Below, piece after piece: positions 1-13,330 of a stretch of DNA of 64,000 nucleotides. Within the stretch, counting starts at the first letter, position 1. Every line of letters starts with the position of its first letter. The stretch comes from Epiperipatus broadwayi (taxonomy: Eukaryota > Animalia > Onychophora). A program made the position numbers and the translations under genes. The DNA lies in assembly GCA_028023455.1 (NCBI GenBank), contig JAQFVV010000001.1, positions 19,592,001 through 19,656,000 on the forward strand, read 5' to 3'. The notes beneath the pieces were generated by a model, which did no database searches, was not told the DNA's origin, and was given only the letters and a program-made list of their open reading frames with translations.

Positions 1-40
1 AAAAAAAACTAAAAATAAATAATTAACTATTTTCGCATAC

Positions 41-186
41 CCCACAACCCAGTAATGAATATATTTTTGTGACTTCTTCTCTGACGTGCCTTCAGGTAAA
101 CACTGAAATAATATTCCATGTTCTTTTATACCAGTTAAAGCTTTATTTAGACCAAATTTATGTTGTGATTCTGACTTTAACTGAGT
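41..186 (-). CDS. INTU: Inturned (CPLANE/PCP effector) coding exon, Longin-3 domain part: TQLKSESQHKFGLNKALTGIKEHGILFQCLPEGTSEKKSQKYIHYWVVG
   Basis: Acceptor ttttttacag| at 187 and donor |gtatgc at 40. The 146-nt exon starts in phase 0, matching the preceding exon. KEHGILFQC and YWVVG match the INTU C-terminal motifs KEHGVLFEC and YWVVGR as recalled from vertebrate INTU. Confidence 0.92.
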
Positions 187-1081
187 CTGTAAAAAAATAA
201 AAACAAAATTATATCTATATATCTTTTGTTAATAGGTATATCTTTTTTATTTAATAAAATAATAATAAACCCTTATTTAAAACTCATTAACAGTATAAAT
301 TAACAACAAGTGAGAATGATAAATATTTACACAAAGAAAACAAAAAAAAAAGCTTTGTAATGAATAAATAATTAAAATTTGTGAAACTCATTTATTTGTT
401 CATTTCAAATCAGACCTAAGGGCATAGTGATTTCTAAATTAATATATATATATATTAACCTACTATATCTTATTATCGTTAACAATATTAATATTGTTAA
501 TGATAAGAAGATAGTTTAATTAAATTACTAGTTTAGTCTGTAGTATTATTATAGCGCCGCACACACACTATTGATGCAACCTACACATTATGGTCAGATA
601 AATTTATACTACAAAGAAAAAGAAGAAATGCTATAGACAGAATTAGTTATATAAGTTAATAATAAAGTCTAGAAATGACAAAAAATTAGAGATAAAGAAA
701 TAAGTAATTAAGTAATATTTTTATTTTAAACAAATCATATTTTAAAATGTAAATAAATATAAAAAGTCCATCAGAGAAATGAATGTATTAAAAGCAATTA
801 CTATTATTGTATATAGAGAGAAAACTTTAAAATATTAACTATAAAATAAAGCCATTTTTGGTGCCAAAGATCGTTGTCAAAGGTACACTGGCACTGAAAA
901 TGCATTTAATCCATATTTAATATTTTAAAATTTTCACTAAGTAGACAATATTTGTACTGCTTTTAAATATAAGTCGTGTATATATATATAACTGTCTAAC
1001 ACTATACTAGCAAAAATAAAAATGCAAAACCATAAAACAATACAATACTAGATTAAATCCAAAATTTGACCAAAATCCTTA

Positions 1082-1124
1082 CACAACCATGGTTTCATCT
1101 ACTGCAAATAGACCTTCTCAAGTG
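1082..1124 (-). ncRNA. Minimal type I hammerhead ribozyme, U3-A8 core variant
   Basis: Minus strand reads CAC UUGAGAA G GUCUA-uuugcag-UAGAU GAAA CCAUGG UU GUG: 3-bp stem I (CAC/GUG), 5-bp stem II, palindromic stem III (ACCAUGGU). It lies 60 nt after the PLE stop codon. Confidence 0.7.
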
Positions 1125-1840
1125 AAAATCGAACTAAAGAAAACATATATATATATATACAAATAAACAAACCTTCCCATAATTCATTTCAAACCCCACC
1201 TCTTCATAAGATTGATAGCCTCAGAATCGAGGAGTTTTATCATCAAAGTCTCCTTTATTCTTCTTTTTAACTCATACTTTTCATAAAAAATAACCGAAGC
1301 ATTGTTAAACAATATTCTATGACTTGTATTCAATTCATGAATATATAAAGCTGAGTTAAGATACCTATATTTAACTCTACTTATATGAACCTTAACCCTT
1401 TCATTAAGGCTAAATTTACTCTGGCCTACATAAAATTTACCACAATTACATGGAATTTTATAAACAATACCAGGAATAGACCTACTATCAATAGATTGCT
1501 TTGAACCATTAAGTAATGAATTCAAATCAGCACCTTTCCTCCATGCAACCTTCATTCCACTTAACAAATGACTATTCCTATAAACCAAATTATATATTGA
1601 TGCATTAAATGGTAAAGATATATAATCATCATCCTTACCAACAAAATTCTTATCATCCAAATCACGACTATAAACATTATTATTAAATACCACTTTTTTA
1701 ATAAAATCATGACTATAACCCAATTTTACATATTCAGCAGCAAATTGACTTCTTCGAATATCAGCATCATTATTAAAATTATTAAGCCTTCTATTCCGAC
1801 AACAAAAATTCAACAAAGACATTTTCTTATGGTTTTGCAT
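1082..1840 (-). mobile_element. 5'-truncated Penelope-like retroelement: RT C-terminal helix plus GIY-YIG endonuclease (ORF 1184-1840) and 3' hammerhead-like motif
   Basis: ORF contains GIVYKIPCNCGKFYVGQS..L.ER...H, SALYIH and R.IKET..I, the PLE-type GIY-YIG with its CCHH-like pattern. It is truncated at a (TA)n run at ~1841. Confidence 0.9.
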
Positions 1841-1969
1841 ATATATATATATTCCTTAATCTTTTTGCTTTTCTGAGAAAAATCAGTCTGAAAAATTCTG
1901 ACAAGATAGATATAAATATTAATGCACAGTGCTCAAAAATAGCACACTTACTAACAAGACTCTATGCTA

Positions 1970-2433
1970 AACAGAGCAAAACTCTCCATACAGTATTGCC
2001 ACCTGTGCTAAACAGAGTAATCAATGGATGCCAGAAGGCTTGTGCATAAAATCCCTATCTAATGCCTACTCATCCAATATCCCCAGACTAGTTTCTGGCT
2101 TGTGGCCTTCGTCAGTGAGGAGCTTTGGATCTGAGAGCACTGCATCTAGATCTTAGGATCTAATGCAACCCTCTAGCAACCACCTTTTATCTCTACTTAA
2201 CTACAAAACTATGAGAATGAAATTGAAAACACAAAAAATATTTTCAATCTAAAGGCCACAAGCCAGAAACTAGTCTGGGGATATTGGATGAGTAGGCATT
2301 AGATTGGGATTTTATGCACAAGCCTTCTGGCATCCATTGATTACTCTGTTTAGCACAGGTGGCAATACTGTATGGAGAGTTTTGCTCTGTTTATCAACAA
2401 TTAATGTGCTAGTATAGGAAATGTGATCATGTG
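1970..2433. mobile_element. Hammerhead-bearing non-autonomous element, copy A (inverted-arm structure)
   Basis: Inverted arms of ~142 bp (1968-2109 / 2252-2393). 14-bp direct flank aagactctatgcta at 1956-1969 and 2434-2447. Homologous to copies B and C. Confidence 0.88.
2072..2130 (-). ncRNA. Type I hammerhead ribozyme (copy A)
   Basis: AUCCAA-agcu-CCUCA CUGACGA A GGC-cacaa-GCC A GAAA CUAG UC| UGGGG-aua-UUGGAU: full catalytic core, GUC cleavage triplet, two-part stem I, palindromic ACUAGU stem III. Confidence 0.82.
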
Positions 2434-4232
2434 AAGACTCTATGCTATTAAAACTTGTGACTTCCTAAAAGTGCAACTTAACAGTACTTTCATGATGATA
2501 ATCGAACTCATTATATGTCTCTAAGAATTCAAAGATCATTAATACTACCTTCATAAAGTTCAAGCAACGTAACTAATTGCATTATATAAGTCAAAAGCCA
2601 TTGCTTACTCAATGTAGGTCTATCAGTGAAATCAATCATCAGTCAAATAATTTGTCTATAGCACAGATAGACATGTATATAAACTTAGAAAAAGCATATA
2701 ATTAGCAGTAAACTTTTAATAAATAAACAAGGCATAATAAATCTCTTTATAAGTAATTATAGGTATGTACATACACTAAAGGAAAGAAATCTATCAGGTA
2801 TACAACCTAGAAGTTACTAACTTAGAATTACATGTCAAGAAATGGCTACTCACATACATACACACACACATATATAGAAGTAAACTTTCATAGATAAAGT
2901 ACATTTATAAAATCTTTAACAAAAATATCAAATGACAGTTAAAAAAACTGCAGAAAAATTAAATATAAATATCTGCTGGAAAAATAATTTTGTTTAATTT
3001 TATTTATAAAGAAATACATTGTTTGTAAAAATACAAATCTGCATAAATTAGCTTTCTGATGTCTTCTGATATGCTAACATTAAATGAATCCAAGAAATAG
3101 AAATAATGGGAATCAAAGGAAAAATCTGCTAATCTGCAAAAAGTTGAATACATTCACAATTTATAGTCAGGAGAAACATTGTACACAAGAGACTATTTCA
3201 GAAATAACTTATTTATGATAAAATGCTTATACTAATTTCTCTTTAAAATTTTTTAAATTTAAAAAAAATATTGTTCTTAGTAATTTTTAAAATCATTTGC
3301 AGAAATGTATTAAAATCAAATTAAGTGGATTATTTTTAATGTTGGATTATGATTAAAGAAATATTAGTTGATTATATTTGCAAAGCAAGAAAGGTTAAAT
3401 CTAATGTATTATGTATTATAATCATAATTACGTGAATACAAATATACCATAATAATTAAAATTTTTCTTAAAAAATAAATTTGAAGCCAATTAATAAGCC
3501 ATTAAGCTTTATTTTTTGATATATTACTCAGTGCACATTTGTCTGCAAGGATACCAAAGACTGACCATGTTCAGTTTTAATTTTAATATGCTCATAAATC
3601 AAACCAACACCTATTAGCATTAAATTGCTTTACTGATTTGTGTTTCAATATATATATATAATGAGTATTTTACAGTTATTTGATAGGGTTAGATTTGGCT
3701 AAGTTGTGCATAATCTACCTTAACTTTTTACTCAATCATTTATTAAATATTGTTATTTTATCAATAAACAATAAATATAATATGCCAATAATCTTGTTTA
3801 TATACTTTGGTTCACATAATTTGAACATGTGTATTTTAATGGTATGTAACTTAAAATATCTGCCGTACTTGACATAATGTGTCTCGAAATGCTAGTCAAA
3901 ATTTGTCTCTTTGTGCATGAATCCTATGTAGACCACTTTAAGAATTATATAGACAGCATTTAATTATATCAATATCAATTTAACGACAATTTTCTCACTT
4001 TGATAAAAGTCATCATTAATATTCACACATGTATCTTATGGATACCCATAAATAATATTACTATACTTAATATTTTTTGCAAGTATGCATTCAATATATA
4101 AGCTTCATTTATGTGATAGCAAATTTGTAGTGATTATTTAGTGATACATCTATTTTTTTTCTTCCATTACAAATAATTTCCCAATGTGAAGTATAATTAT
4201 CCTCAATATAGTCAATAAGCATCACTCAACAC

Positions 4233-4234
<2 letters not shown>

Positions 4235-4290
<56 letters not shown>
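4235..4290. repeat. (TA)n microsatellite
   Basis: Uninterrupted TA run of ~56 bp. Confidence 0.98.
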
Positions 4291-4292
<2 letters not shown>

Positions 4293-4389
4293 TTCATTAC
4301 CATGTACTAATGATGAAAATGGCAATCTCTTTTCAGATAAAATATCAAATGATTTAAAAATGAGTTTTGTGATGATTATACAATTCAAT

Positions 4390-5370
4390 CTAGGAGATCT
4401 CTGGGGCAGAAAGGTGGTGGCCATCATCCTAAAAAGAACTTGGTTTTCCTAAAAACCTCAATGGGTTGGGTCTGCACTCCATCGACACTCTTCTGATCCA
4501 GAGATCTCACAACATTATCCTCACATTCCTTAGTCACTTTTCTGCCATCATTATTACACCCACTGACACTTCTCCTCCCAGTGGCAGGCCCAGATCATGG
4601 ACCTCACTCATCGCCAACATCCTACAAAAGGCTGGCTTTGTTATACCATCCATCAGTGGCAAACTAAAGTACTGGGAGGTTTTCAATCAGACCGCAGACT
4701 TCTCCATTGTCTCCCCTACATTCCTCAAACTCACCAATGCTCAGTTAATCCACAAATTTAAAAGGTAGTCCCTTGAGGCAAAATTCCTCAATTTCCTCCT
4801 TAAAATCAACCTTCACTCCCTTCCCACAAACCAATTTTTGGTCAACTGTAGCAGTTTCACCAAGATCTCTCCCCTATGCCAGCTCTATAAAACTGACAAT
4901 AAAACCATCCAGCACTTCCTACTTAAATGTTCCTTTCTGTTAGAACAACCATTAGACTATCAGTTTTCCTCATCTATGCACTCTGGTTGCTCTGATGTGA
5001 CATTATTTGTGACCAGAGAGTACACTCAGTGAATCAAAAGCTATTGGACCTAATTCGCTCTCTCAAACCAGATACCAAACTAGACCCACCTCTATTCCTC
5101 ACAGACACTTGGGCAATCCTCCAACTCTCATCCTCTCAGCCTCTGTCATAGGACTCAATCATTTAAATGTTTGTGACCCATGTGGTGCTTGCTCAATGAA
5201 GACACACCCTTTCCACTTCCGATTCCCTTTTCCCATGTATCCTTCCCCTCTTACCATGTTATTCCTAAAATTTCAATTTAGCATATAATCACACCATTGT
5301 AAACCTTTTTCTAACTGTATTTGTACCTGTTTTTTTTGATGAATAAACTTTCATCACTGAGAAAAAAAAA
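4390..5370 (+). mobile_element. 3' fragment of a non-LTR (L1/Tx1-like) retrotransposon
   Basis: GC-richer island. The fragment CQLYKTDNKTIQHFLLKC is a C-terminal zinc-knuckle-like motif (CxxC..ETxxHxxxxC). It ends in aataaa followed by an A-run at ~5341-5370. Confidence 0.65.
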
Positions 5371-5974
5371 TCTACATAGATTGTATTCTAGTTTATTTTA
5401 TTTACCATTTTGTATTTTGTTTTTATCTTCTTCTAGAGCAAATATTTTTTCTCCATGTTGTCTATTTGAAAGTATTTATTATATTCTCAAGCTCTTATGA
5501 AAATAATCATTGTTGTACTTCTTTAGATAGTTTTTGAGACTATTTTTAATAATAATAACAAGGTAGTGTTTTCCCATGAAGACCATATTCAAGTTTACCA
5601 TAAAATATTTTTGTAGGAAATCAGTTATTATTCAGCCATTTATAAGACAAATATAAGGAAATATGCAACTGCAATTAAACATTCAATATTATCACATGTA
5701 GAAAACTGAACAACATACTGACTGGTTTTTTTTTTCATTATATTATTAAAAATGAAGCATTGTTAAATAAAAATCTCAATTATTTACTTTAGTTCTAATC
5801 CTTAATGATTCATATTAATCTTCAATATGTTCTACCTTCTTTATAATTTTATCATAAGCCTATTATCCATTTGCAAAGAAAAGATTATTTTGTTTTAAAC
5901 TTTCAATATATAGCTGAGAATGGGTTTGGTCTCTATGAAATATTATAATTTTCTTTCACCTTATATTTCTTTTA

Positions 5975-6470
5975 TTCTTTTATAATAATATACATAAGAA
6001 ACATGCTTAATGCCAAATTGCAAATTTTATTATCAAGGATTAGAATTAAAGTAAATAATTAAGATAAAATTTACAATTTGGCATTAAGTATGTTCTTTAC
6101 GGATATTATTATAAGAAAGCTAAAAATGTATAAGATAAAAGAAAGAATATAATTAATACATCAGAAAAAAGACAAAACATATTAAAGAATAAGATGTACG
6201 CATCATCAAGATTAGAATTAAAGTAAATAATTAAGATATAAAATTTGAAAATTGGCAATAAGTATGTATTTTATGGATATTATTATAAAAGAGATAGAAG
6301 AATATAATGTGAAAGAAACAATATAATACTTCATAAAGAAGATATAACACACTGAAGATTAAGATGTATGCATCATCAAGATTAGAATTAAAGTAAGTAA
6401 TTAAAATAAAATTTGTAATTTGGTATTAATTATGTGCCACATGGATATTATTATAAGAGGAAAGGATATA
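5975..6470. repeat. Three ~170-bp degenerate tandem units plus an inverted partial unit
   Basis: atcaag(g)attagaattaaagtaa recurs at ~6032, ~6205 and ~6375. 5975-6030 is the reverse complement of ~6060-6115. Confidence 0.8.
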
Positions 6471-6491
6471 AAGTAAAAGGAAGAATATAAT

Positions 6492-7086
6492 ACAATAAAC
6501 ATGACATGACCACCATCTCTTCTGCTTGTGTATAACTGTTGTTAAAACAGGCAATACTCACTATACGTATGCCACACACAGCAAGCTAGAGTAATCAATG
6601 GATGCCAGAAGGCTTCTGCATAAAATCCCCATCTAATGCCTACTCATCCAATATCTCCAGACTAGTTTCTGGCTTGTGGCCTTCATCAGTGAGGAGCCTT
6701 GGATCTGAGAGCACTGCACCTAGATCTTAGGATCTAATGCAACCCTCCAGCAACCACCTTTTAACTCCATTTAACTACAAAACTATGAGTCTTAAACTGA
6801 AAACACTTTAATGTTTTCAATCCAAGCCCACCAGCTTATATAGTCATATGAGTCTGAACCCAGTTCAGTACCCATACATTTTGGTGTCTTTGGTTCTTAA
6901 ACAACCATATACACCATTATCCTATTAGGCAGGATTGGTTTTAAGCCAATAAACATCACATGACCACCATCTCTTCTGCGTGTGTATAACTATTGTTAAA
7001 ACAGGCAATACTCAGTATACGTATGCATCCATTGATTACTCTAGCTTGCTGTGTATGGCATACATATAGTGAGTATTGCCTGTTTT
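6492..7086. mobile_element. Hammerhead-bearing element, copy B (1.15 tandem units plus short inverted arm)
   Basis: Direct repeat aataaacat(g/c)acatgaccacc at 6494 and 6948 (period 454). Inverted arm ~7024-7086. 11-bp direct flank aagaatataat at 6481-6491 and 7087-7097. Confidence 0.88.
6646..6704 (-). ncRNA. Type I hammerhead ribozyme (copy B)
   Basis: CCUCA CUGAUGA A GGC-cacaa-GCC A GAAA CUAG UC| UGGAG; one stem I mismatch; distal AUCCAA/UUGGAU helix intact. Confidence 0.78.
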
Positions 7087-10000
7087 AAGAATATAATGCT
7101 TGATAAAGATGATAAAATATACTAAAGATTAAAATAAAAATATTCTGGTGCTATTATAATGGCAGAGGATCTTTATTATATATCTATACATTAAATCTAA
7201 AAAAAATAATAGTTCTATATGCAATTAATTAGTTGCAGTTATATTAAAATGATGAAATATCTTATCTTTTAAGTCATCAAATATAGTAGCAATATATTGG
7301 AATTTGTGTTGTACTTGATAATACACATCACTTTTATAAATAAACACTAACAAGATATTTAAAATAAACCACATTCTCAAATTTTTACAAAACTGCAAAA
7401 TATTTTTAATAAACAAGAATTTTTTGAACATTGCTTAAAACAAATTTTATATAGGATCATTTTATAGATCAGCATTTGAATTGATAAGAATAGTAAACTT
7501 GGCAATTTGACATAATTTTAGAAACAAAAAGATAAGGAAACTCTTATTATTCTTTTTAATTAAATGAAATGTTTTTATTATGTAATGATTATTTTATGAA
7601 TCCACTATAATATGTTTCAAAAGTTAATAACATGAAAATTAAATTGGTTAAAGCTAATACAAAATCTTATTTAAAATCAGTTTTTATTTCAAATGCCTCA
7701 ATTTCATTTCATTATTAATACTTCCTTTTAAATAGTAGAAATATAATATCAATAAACATCAGAAAGAAATGTATATTTTGAAACATTGTCTTAAAAATTC
7801 TGCATTAATTGAGTAACTGATAAAAGCAATAGATTATACATTTTGTTCATGATATGGACTTTTTGATTTCCTTAACTACACATATATATTTCTGATAGCA
7901 ATTCATCTACAAATAAAATTAACTTATTCAATATAATTTTTTGAATACATATTTAGTAAAATATTTTCAAGGCTGTTTGTTCATTTTGAGTAATGAATAG
8001 TTTGTTTATTGATATAGCAGTTAATATTTATTTTTTTGATTGTATTTAAGCTAATAAGATGATATTCAAAAACAACCTAAAGTTTTAAAACAAGATAACA
8101 ACTTATTGTATAGCTATATAAGTCTGACAACAATCCTGAATAATATAATTTAATAAACTAAGTCTTATGATTTTGTATAGTATTTACTAAACAAAGTATT
8201 CTATGACTATCTTTTTTTACTTTTAATATCAGCATTAGAAACAAATTTAGTTTCTAGAGCAATCTTTTATAAACTTGAATAATCAACGGACAATAATGAC
8301 AATAATATAGTTCATACAAATAGACTAATTTTTGTTTATTAGATTTTTTCAAATCTAAGAGTGCTTTTTGAATGTCATGTTAGTTATTAGTATGAATAAT
8401 ATAAAAAAAAAGTAAAAATGGATATTATATATGTGGATACAAATTCAATGTTGGATACATTTAATAAAAATTTAGGCCTGTTTGAAAAATGAATAAAGTT
8501 TACATTTTACCTGGCCTCAATTTGAACTTATACTTATGAGAATAAGTAGCAGATAAGTTAATAATTATACCATAAAAATCTTATATTGTATATAACATAA
8601 TATAATAAAATATAAAGCAAAAATTTGTGTGAACAATGAGGTAAAGAAAAAATAAAATACAGTGCCATGATAGACCCTGTTCAATATAAATTATTTCACT
8701 TACCCCCCCCCCCCAATAAAAAATGTAAATAAACAAAAAATAAAAACAATAAAATGCATAAATTCAATAGATTTTTTAATGTGGCAATAGCCCCCTCCTC
8801 CAACCTGTTTTGAATTTTGAAGTGTTACAATATTTTGTGCAAAAAATATTTTCTAAGTATAAAGCTATTTAAAAAATTTAAGAAAATTCATAAAGTATTT
8901 TTCTGAAGCAGTAAAATGAAAGTTATTGATTTAACAATGGTAATAAAAAAGAATTCTAAATACTCTTATATTGCACTAGAAAGGATAAAGCGTTTGAGGA
9001 ATCTGAAATGGGCAATGGAAATAAGGGTGACTGTATAGATTCTAGTCTATAGAGATTTAAAAACATAAAAATCAATCAGAAAGACCATAATCTGTTGAAA
9101 ATAAGATTGTTATTGCATTTCCTTATAGGAAAAAAAAGTCCACCATCTAGGGTATGTTTAATTGTAATAAAAATCTGGCACTTCACTGTCCATATTATTT
9201 TGAATGAACAAATATGTAAATGTGTTTATTTACTGTGTTATTAGTAACTTGATTATCCCCTACTTTTTAAAATTTTGTTTACATTTTACATGAATGCTAT
9301 ACACATAAAAAAAGAACTGTGTTAAATATATATGCATGTTCAAATGTACTGCATTCTTGGTAAACAATACATATTGTATTGCAATAAATGATATTAACAA
9401 TGCAAGCTATTATATATGACACAGAATATATGTGAAAGGGGTTTGGAACAAAATATAGAAGATATTGTAATTCAATTATAAATAGAAAATTTATAGGAAC
9501 CTTTCAATGTATTTATCACTTTTTTTAAAAATTAAGAGATTTTCAAAAGAAAAAAAAAACTAAACAAGCATATTACATTGATAATTTGAAAATTTTAACT
9601 AATAAATCAATCTGCATAAATAATGGAAACTATGATATCAAACCTGATTGATCATTATAAAACACTTTACATATTTTTATGTGCTTATTTCCCCCTTTAT
9701 ATTAAAAGTTTATCACAATTTTGTTTTATTATAAATAAGCATTGTATTATAGAATTTGTGTTCATTGCTTACAAGATTTCATTTTTTGAAACCATATATA
9801 TATACACACCCACTTGTCTTCCTAGAAATAATTGGCTATTTGTTAAAGCTAAAAATTGTTGCTAATAACATCAACTAAAAGCAGCAGATAGGTTTGACTC
9901 TTCCCTTAATTAAATAAATTTATTTAGTGTTAGTTAATTAATACTAATTGCTTTTTTAAAAAGATGTGTAGAATCCATATGAATCAAAACAGGCCATGAT

Positions 10001-11650
10001 GCATAGAAAGTACATTCTACTTACTGAAATGAAAAAGTTGTTGTAGAATAGTAATTAGAATGCATTATTTTTGAGTATTAATGGACTAAGATTATTAAAA
10101 TTGGACAAAATAAATTTGGCACTTATATCGCTAGAGATACATGGTTGAAAAAACCGTATTGCTCATTATGGTCTATAAAAAATAAACTTGTGTACCAATA
10201 AAAAGTTCAGTAAATTTAATAACTGCAGGTAAAGATCAATATCTTAGCAAACAATTCAAAATTACATAACCTATTCAAAAGAAAAAAAAATAAATTTATT
10301 CTAGCAGTACATATCAAAAAATTATGAATATAAGAATATTATTTTTTTCTCATAGTAATATGACCAACGGAAATATTATTTTTAGAAGTTTGCATCGCAA
10401 AAAATTAAGAATTAATAATAATTTTATAGTATGTTAAATAATTGAAGACAGATTATGTTGGTGTTTAAAATAATATTTTTAAGTTCTTTAAACATTAACA
10501 AGAGAAAAAAGCTTAGATAAAGTTATTTAGAATATATTTTGCTTAAGTGTATGATAAAATACTGAAATGGAAAGTTAATAATCTGAAATTATGTATGAGT
10601 TAATATAAATAAATATTAGACTTATATATAAATGAAGTGTCAGACTTTAGTGCAATTAGAATGAGATTAGAATTGATAATTTTAACAATCGTTGAGATAT
10701 ACCTTTCAAAAATAGTTATGCAATGTGTTAAGAGCATTCAATAAGACATGGAGTTAACTCAAAATTAACATTGACATCCAAGCTACAATTGAATACATTT
10801 TGCCTATAGGTGCATCTGGGTTAAACATTGGTCATATGAGTTTTTCAAAACCTCTTAAATTTTTTTAAAGAAAACAGTAGAATGAAGTATGATCAATTTC
10901 AATCAGACTTGATCTGAGATTACATGGCAATTGAATAAACATCTTTTTTGCCCAGATTGCAGTGTATTCAGTTTTGACTAAAAATAAAAACAGCTGAAGT
11001 CACCATATAATTTCAATGATGAATTATTTTTTTAATTGGTTGAATCTTAAAATTTCGAGTCTGATCTGATAGTGAATATATTATTTTTCTAAATTTCTGT
11101 CAGAATCTCTTGTAGATGTTTATTACCAGAAGAAGTAGACTTTTAGGACAGCTATATTCTGTAATTAAATGTGCTAAGACTAGGATTGAAAAGACTTAAT
11201 CATAATTTGTTGCTGTTAGGTTGTGAATCTTGTTATTCAAGTTTTAGTTTTTGGTGTTTACAATATTAGAAATTAAGACTAAATTTTTATATATCTTCAT
11301 CTTATTGATGCAGATGCATGCATGGATTAATCATGTGAGTTTATTTTGAGATATTAATGGCAGAAGAAATATTGCCTGGTTTCTTAAGATTTATATTTAT
11401 TGTTATTTCAAATAATTTAAAAGTTTAAGTTATCATTTTAATTACTATATATATATATATATAGGCAAGGATAAATATTAGTCTTTAGGAGTGTATATGC
11501 TAACTAAAAATTTATATTTTTAAATCTATGAATTTTCAATGCAAAAGCATATTTTTTTTAAAAAAAACAAATGTTACATTAGAAATTTAGGTAATTTAAA
11601 AATAAGATCTCTCAAATAATTTTATTATTATTTTGTGATTAAAAATAACA

Positions 11651-13330
11651 GTAATCATCTGAAATCCAGGCATGGCTGCTTGATGGCGTTGATGATAAAC
11701 AAAATCAATCAAATGTAATGTTACTGGGCCGCAACTTTTTTTTTATATAACATGATTTTTTTTTTTTTGATTAAACAAATTTTTATTTCATTTATAACAT
11801 GATTTCTTTTTTATTAAACAAATTTTTATATTCATTTTCATTGTTTTTTTAACCTGACACTTTTCTTTATTCAACAAATTTTGGTAATTTAACTTTGTAT
11901 TTATTTTTCTGATTTTAAAACTTTTGATTGTTTCACGATGAAAAAACTTGTTTTAATCCTGCCGAAAAAATATAATACAATTATTTGGGATTTTTTCGAC
12001 TTTGTTCTACCTTTTTTTTTTGGTTGATTAAATTGTTTTTCTTCTTATTAAATCAAAAGTAACTTTTATGTTTTTGGGGGGTAAAAATTGTTTTGAAGCC
12101 CCCACCTCCCACCCTCAGATAAATAATTGTAACAAAAAGTCAATATTTTTTTTTAAAACAACTTTTTTTCACTTTTATTTATATTTCGTTTGAATTACCT
12201 TTTTTTTTTTGGCTTCTACAATAAACAGCTTTTTTTTTTTTTGGGGGGGGGGGGTTCATACTTTATTATTATTAACAAAAAGTAAACAAAAATAGTAATT
12301 TATTTTAACCCCACTTGTTTTAACCCTTCTGAAAAAATATAATACAATTATTTGGGAATTGTTTCGAATTTTTTCTACCTTTTTTTTAATTGACCAAATT
12401 GTTTTTCTTCTTATTAAATAAAAAATAACTTTTGTGTTTTTGGGGGGGTGAAAAATTGTTTTGAAACCCCCACCCCCATTCTCAGATAAATAATTGTAAC
12501 AAAAAGTCAATTTTTTTTTCAACAACTTTTTACTTTTATTTATATTTCATTTGAATTACCATTTTTTTTGGCTTCTACAATAAACAGCTTTTGGGGGGGG
12601 GGGGATTTCATACTTTGTTATTATTAACAAAAATAGTAATTTATTTTAACCCCACTGAAAAAAGATAATCCAAATACTTGTCAATTTCTAATAAAATAAA
12701 AATACACAAACTTTGGACTTTTTGAACTTATTTTTATTTATTATTTATTGCTATAATAAAAACAGTCTGGTATTTGGGAGGACATTATGTGCCTGAAAAA
12801 AGGACACAGTCTCACTTTCTATACTCAGCAATTCTGAAAAGTTTAAAAACTGCATGTTCTTCTCTGACATTTTATTGGTCTCGTATATTTTCCACATTGA
12901 AATGTGACTTAGCGCGTGAGCTTTGTCGAAGCATGTTCGAACATATTTTCTTTGCCAATTTGTTACATATTAACATTTTTTAGGAAAGGGTGGGGACAAT
13001 ATGACAATTATTAGTAATTAACAACATTATTTAAATATAAATGACATTATTCTATTATGGAGATTTGAAAAGTTGTACCGACTTGCAATTAAAACACCCT
13101 CAAGTGATATGGTAATCAGCTAACAAATATGCATAAATAGTTGCAAAGCACAAATTAGGCCATAATATTTTTGTTAAATGTTATGTAAAGTGGCCTACAA
13201 TGGGTAATACAATATAAATGTTGGGTCCAATGTGTATTAGCCATAGGCTGGCTGCAGAAATAGCATTTTTATATGTTTTGACAATAAACAACACCATCAA
13301 GCAGCTGTGCCTGGATTTCAGATGATTACC
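11651..13330. mobile_element. Non-autonomous DNA transposon (~45-bp TIRs, 8-9 bp TSD; Mutator- or hAT/P-like)
   Basis: gtaatcatctgaaatccaggcat/cagctgcttgatgg occurs inverted at both ends. Flank aaaataaca at 11642-11650 and 13331-13339. No coding remnant seen. Confidence 0.75.
11940..12660. repeat. Internal ~370-bp tandem duplication with homopolymer G/T tracts
   Basis: aaaatataatacaattatttggga at ~11968 and ~12336, followed by parallel ccccac-ctcagataaataattgtaacaaaaagtcaa blocks. Confidence 0.85.

Noticed and set aside
9-40. Possible 32-nt INTU intron (gtatgc...tttttag) with the next exon starting at position 8
   Set aside because: Too short, and it would give YWVVG-FF instead of the conserved GR; the real acceptor is probably outside the window.
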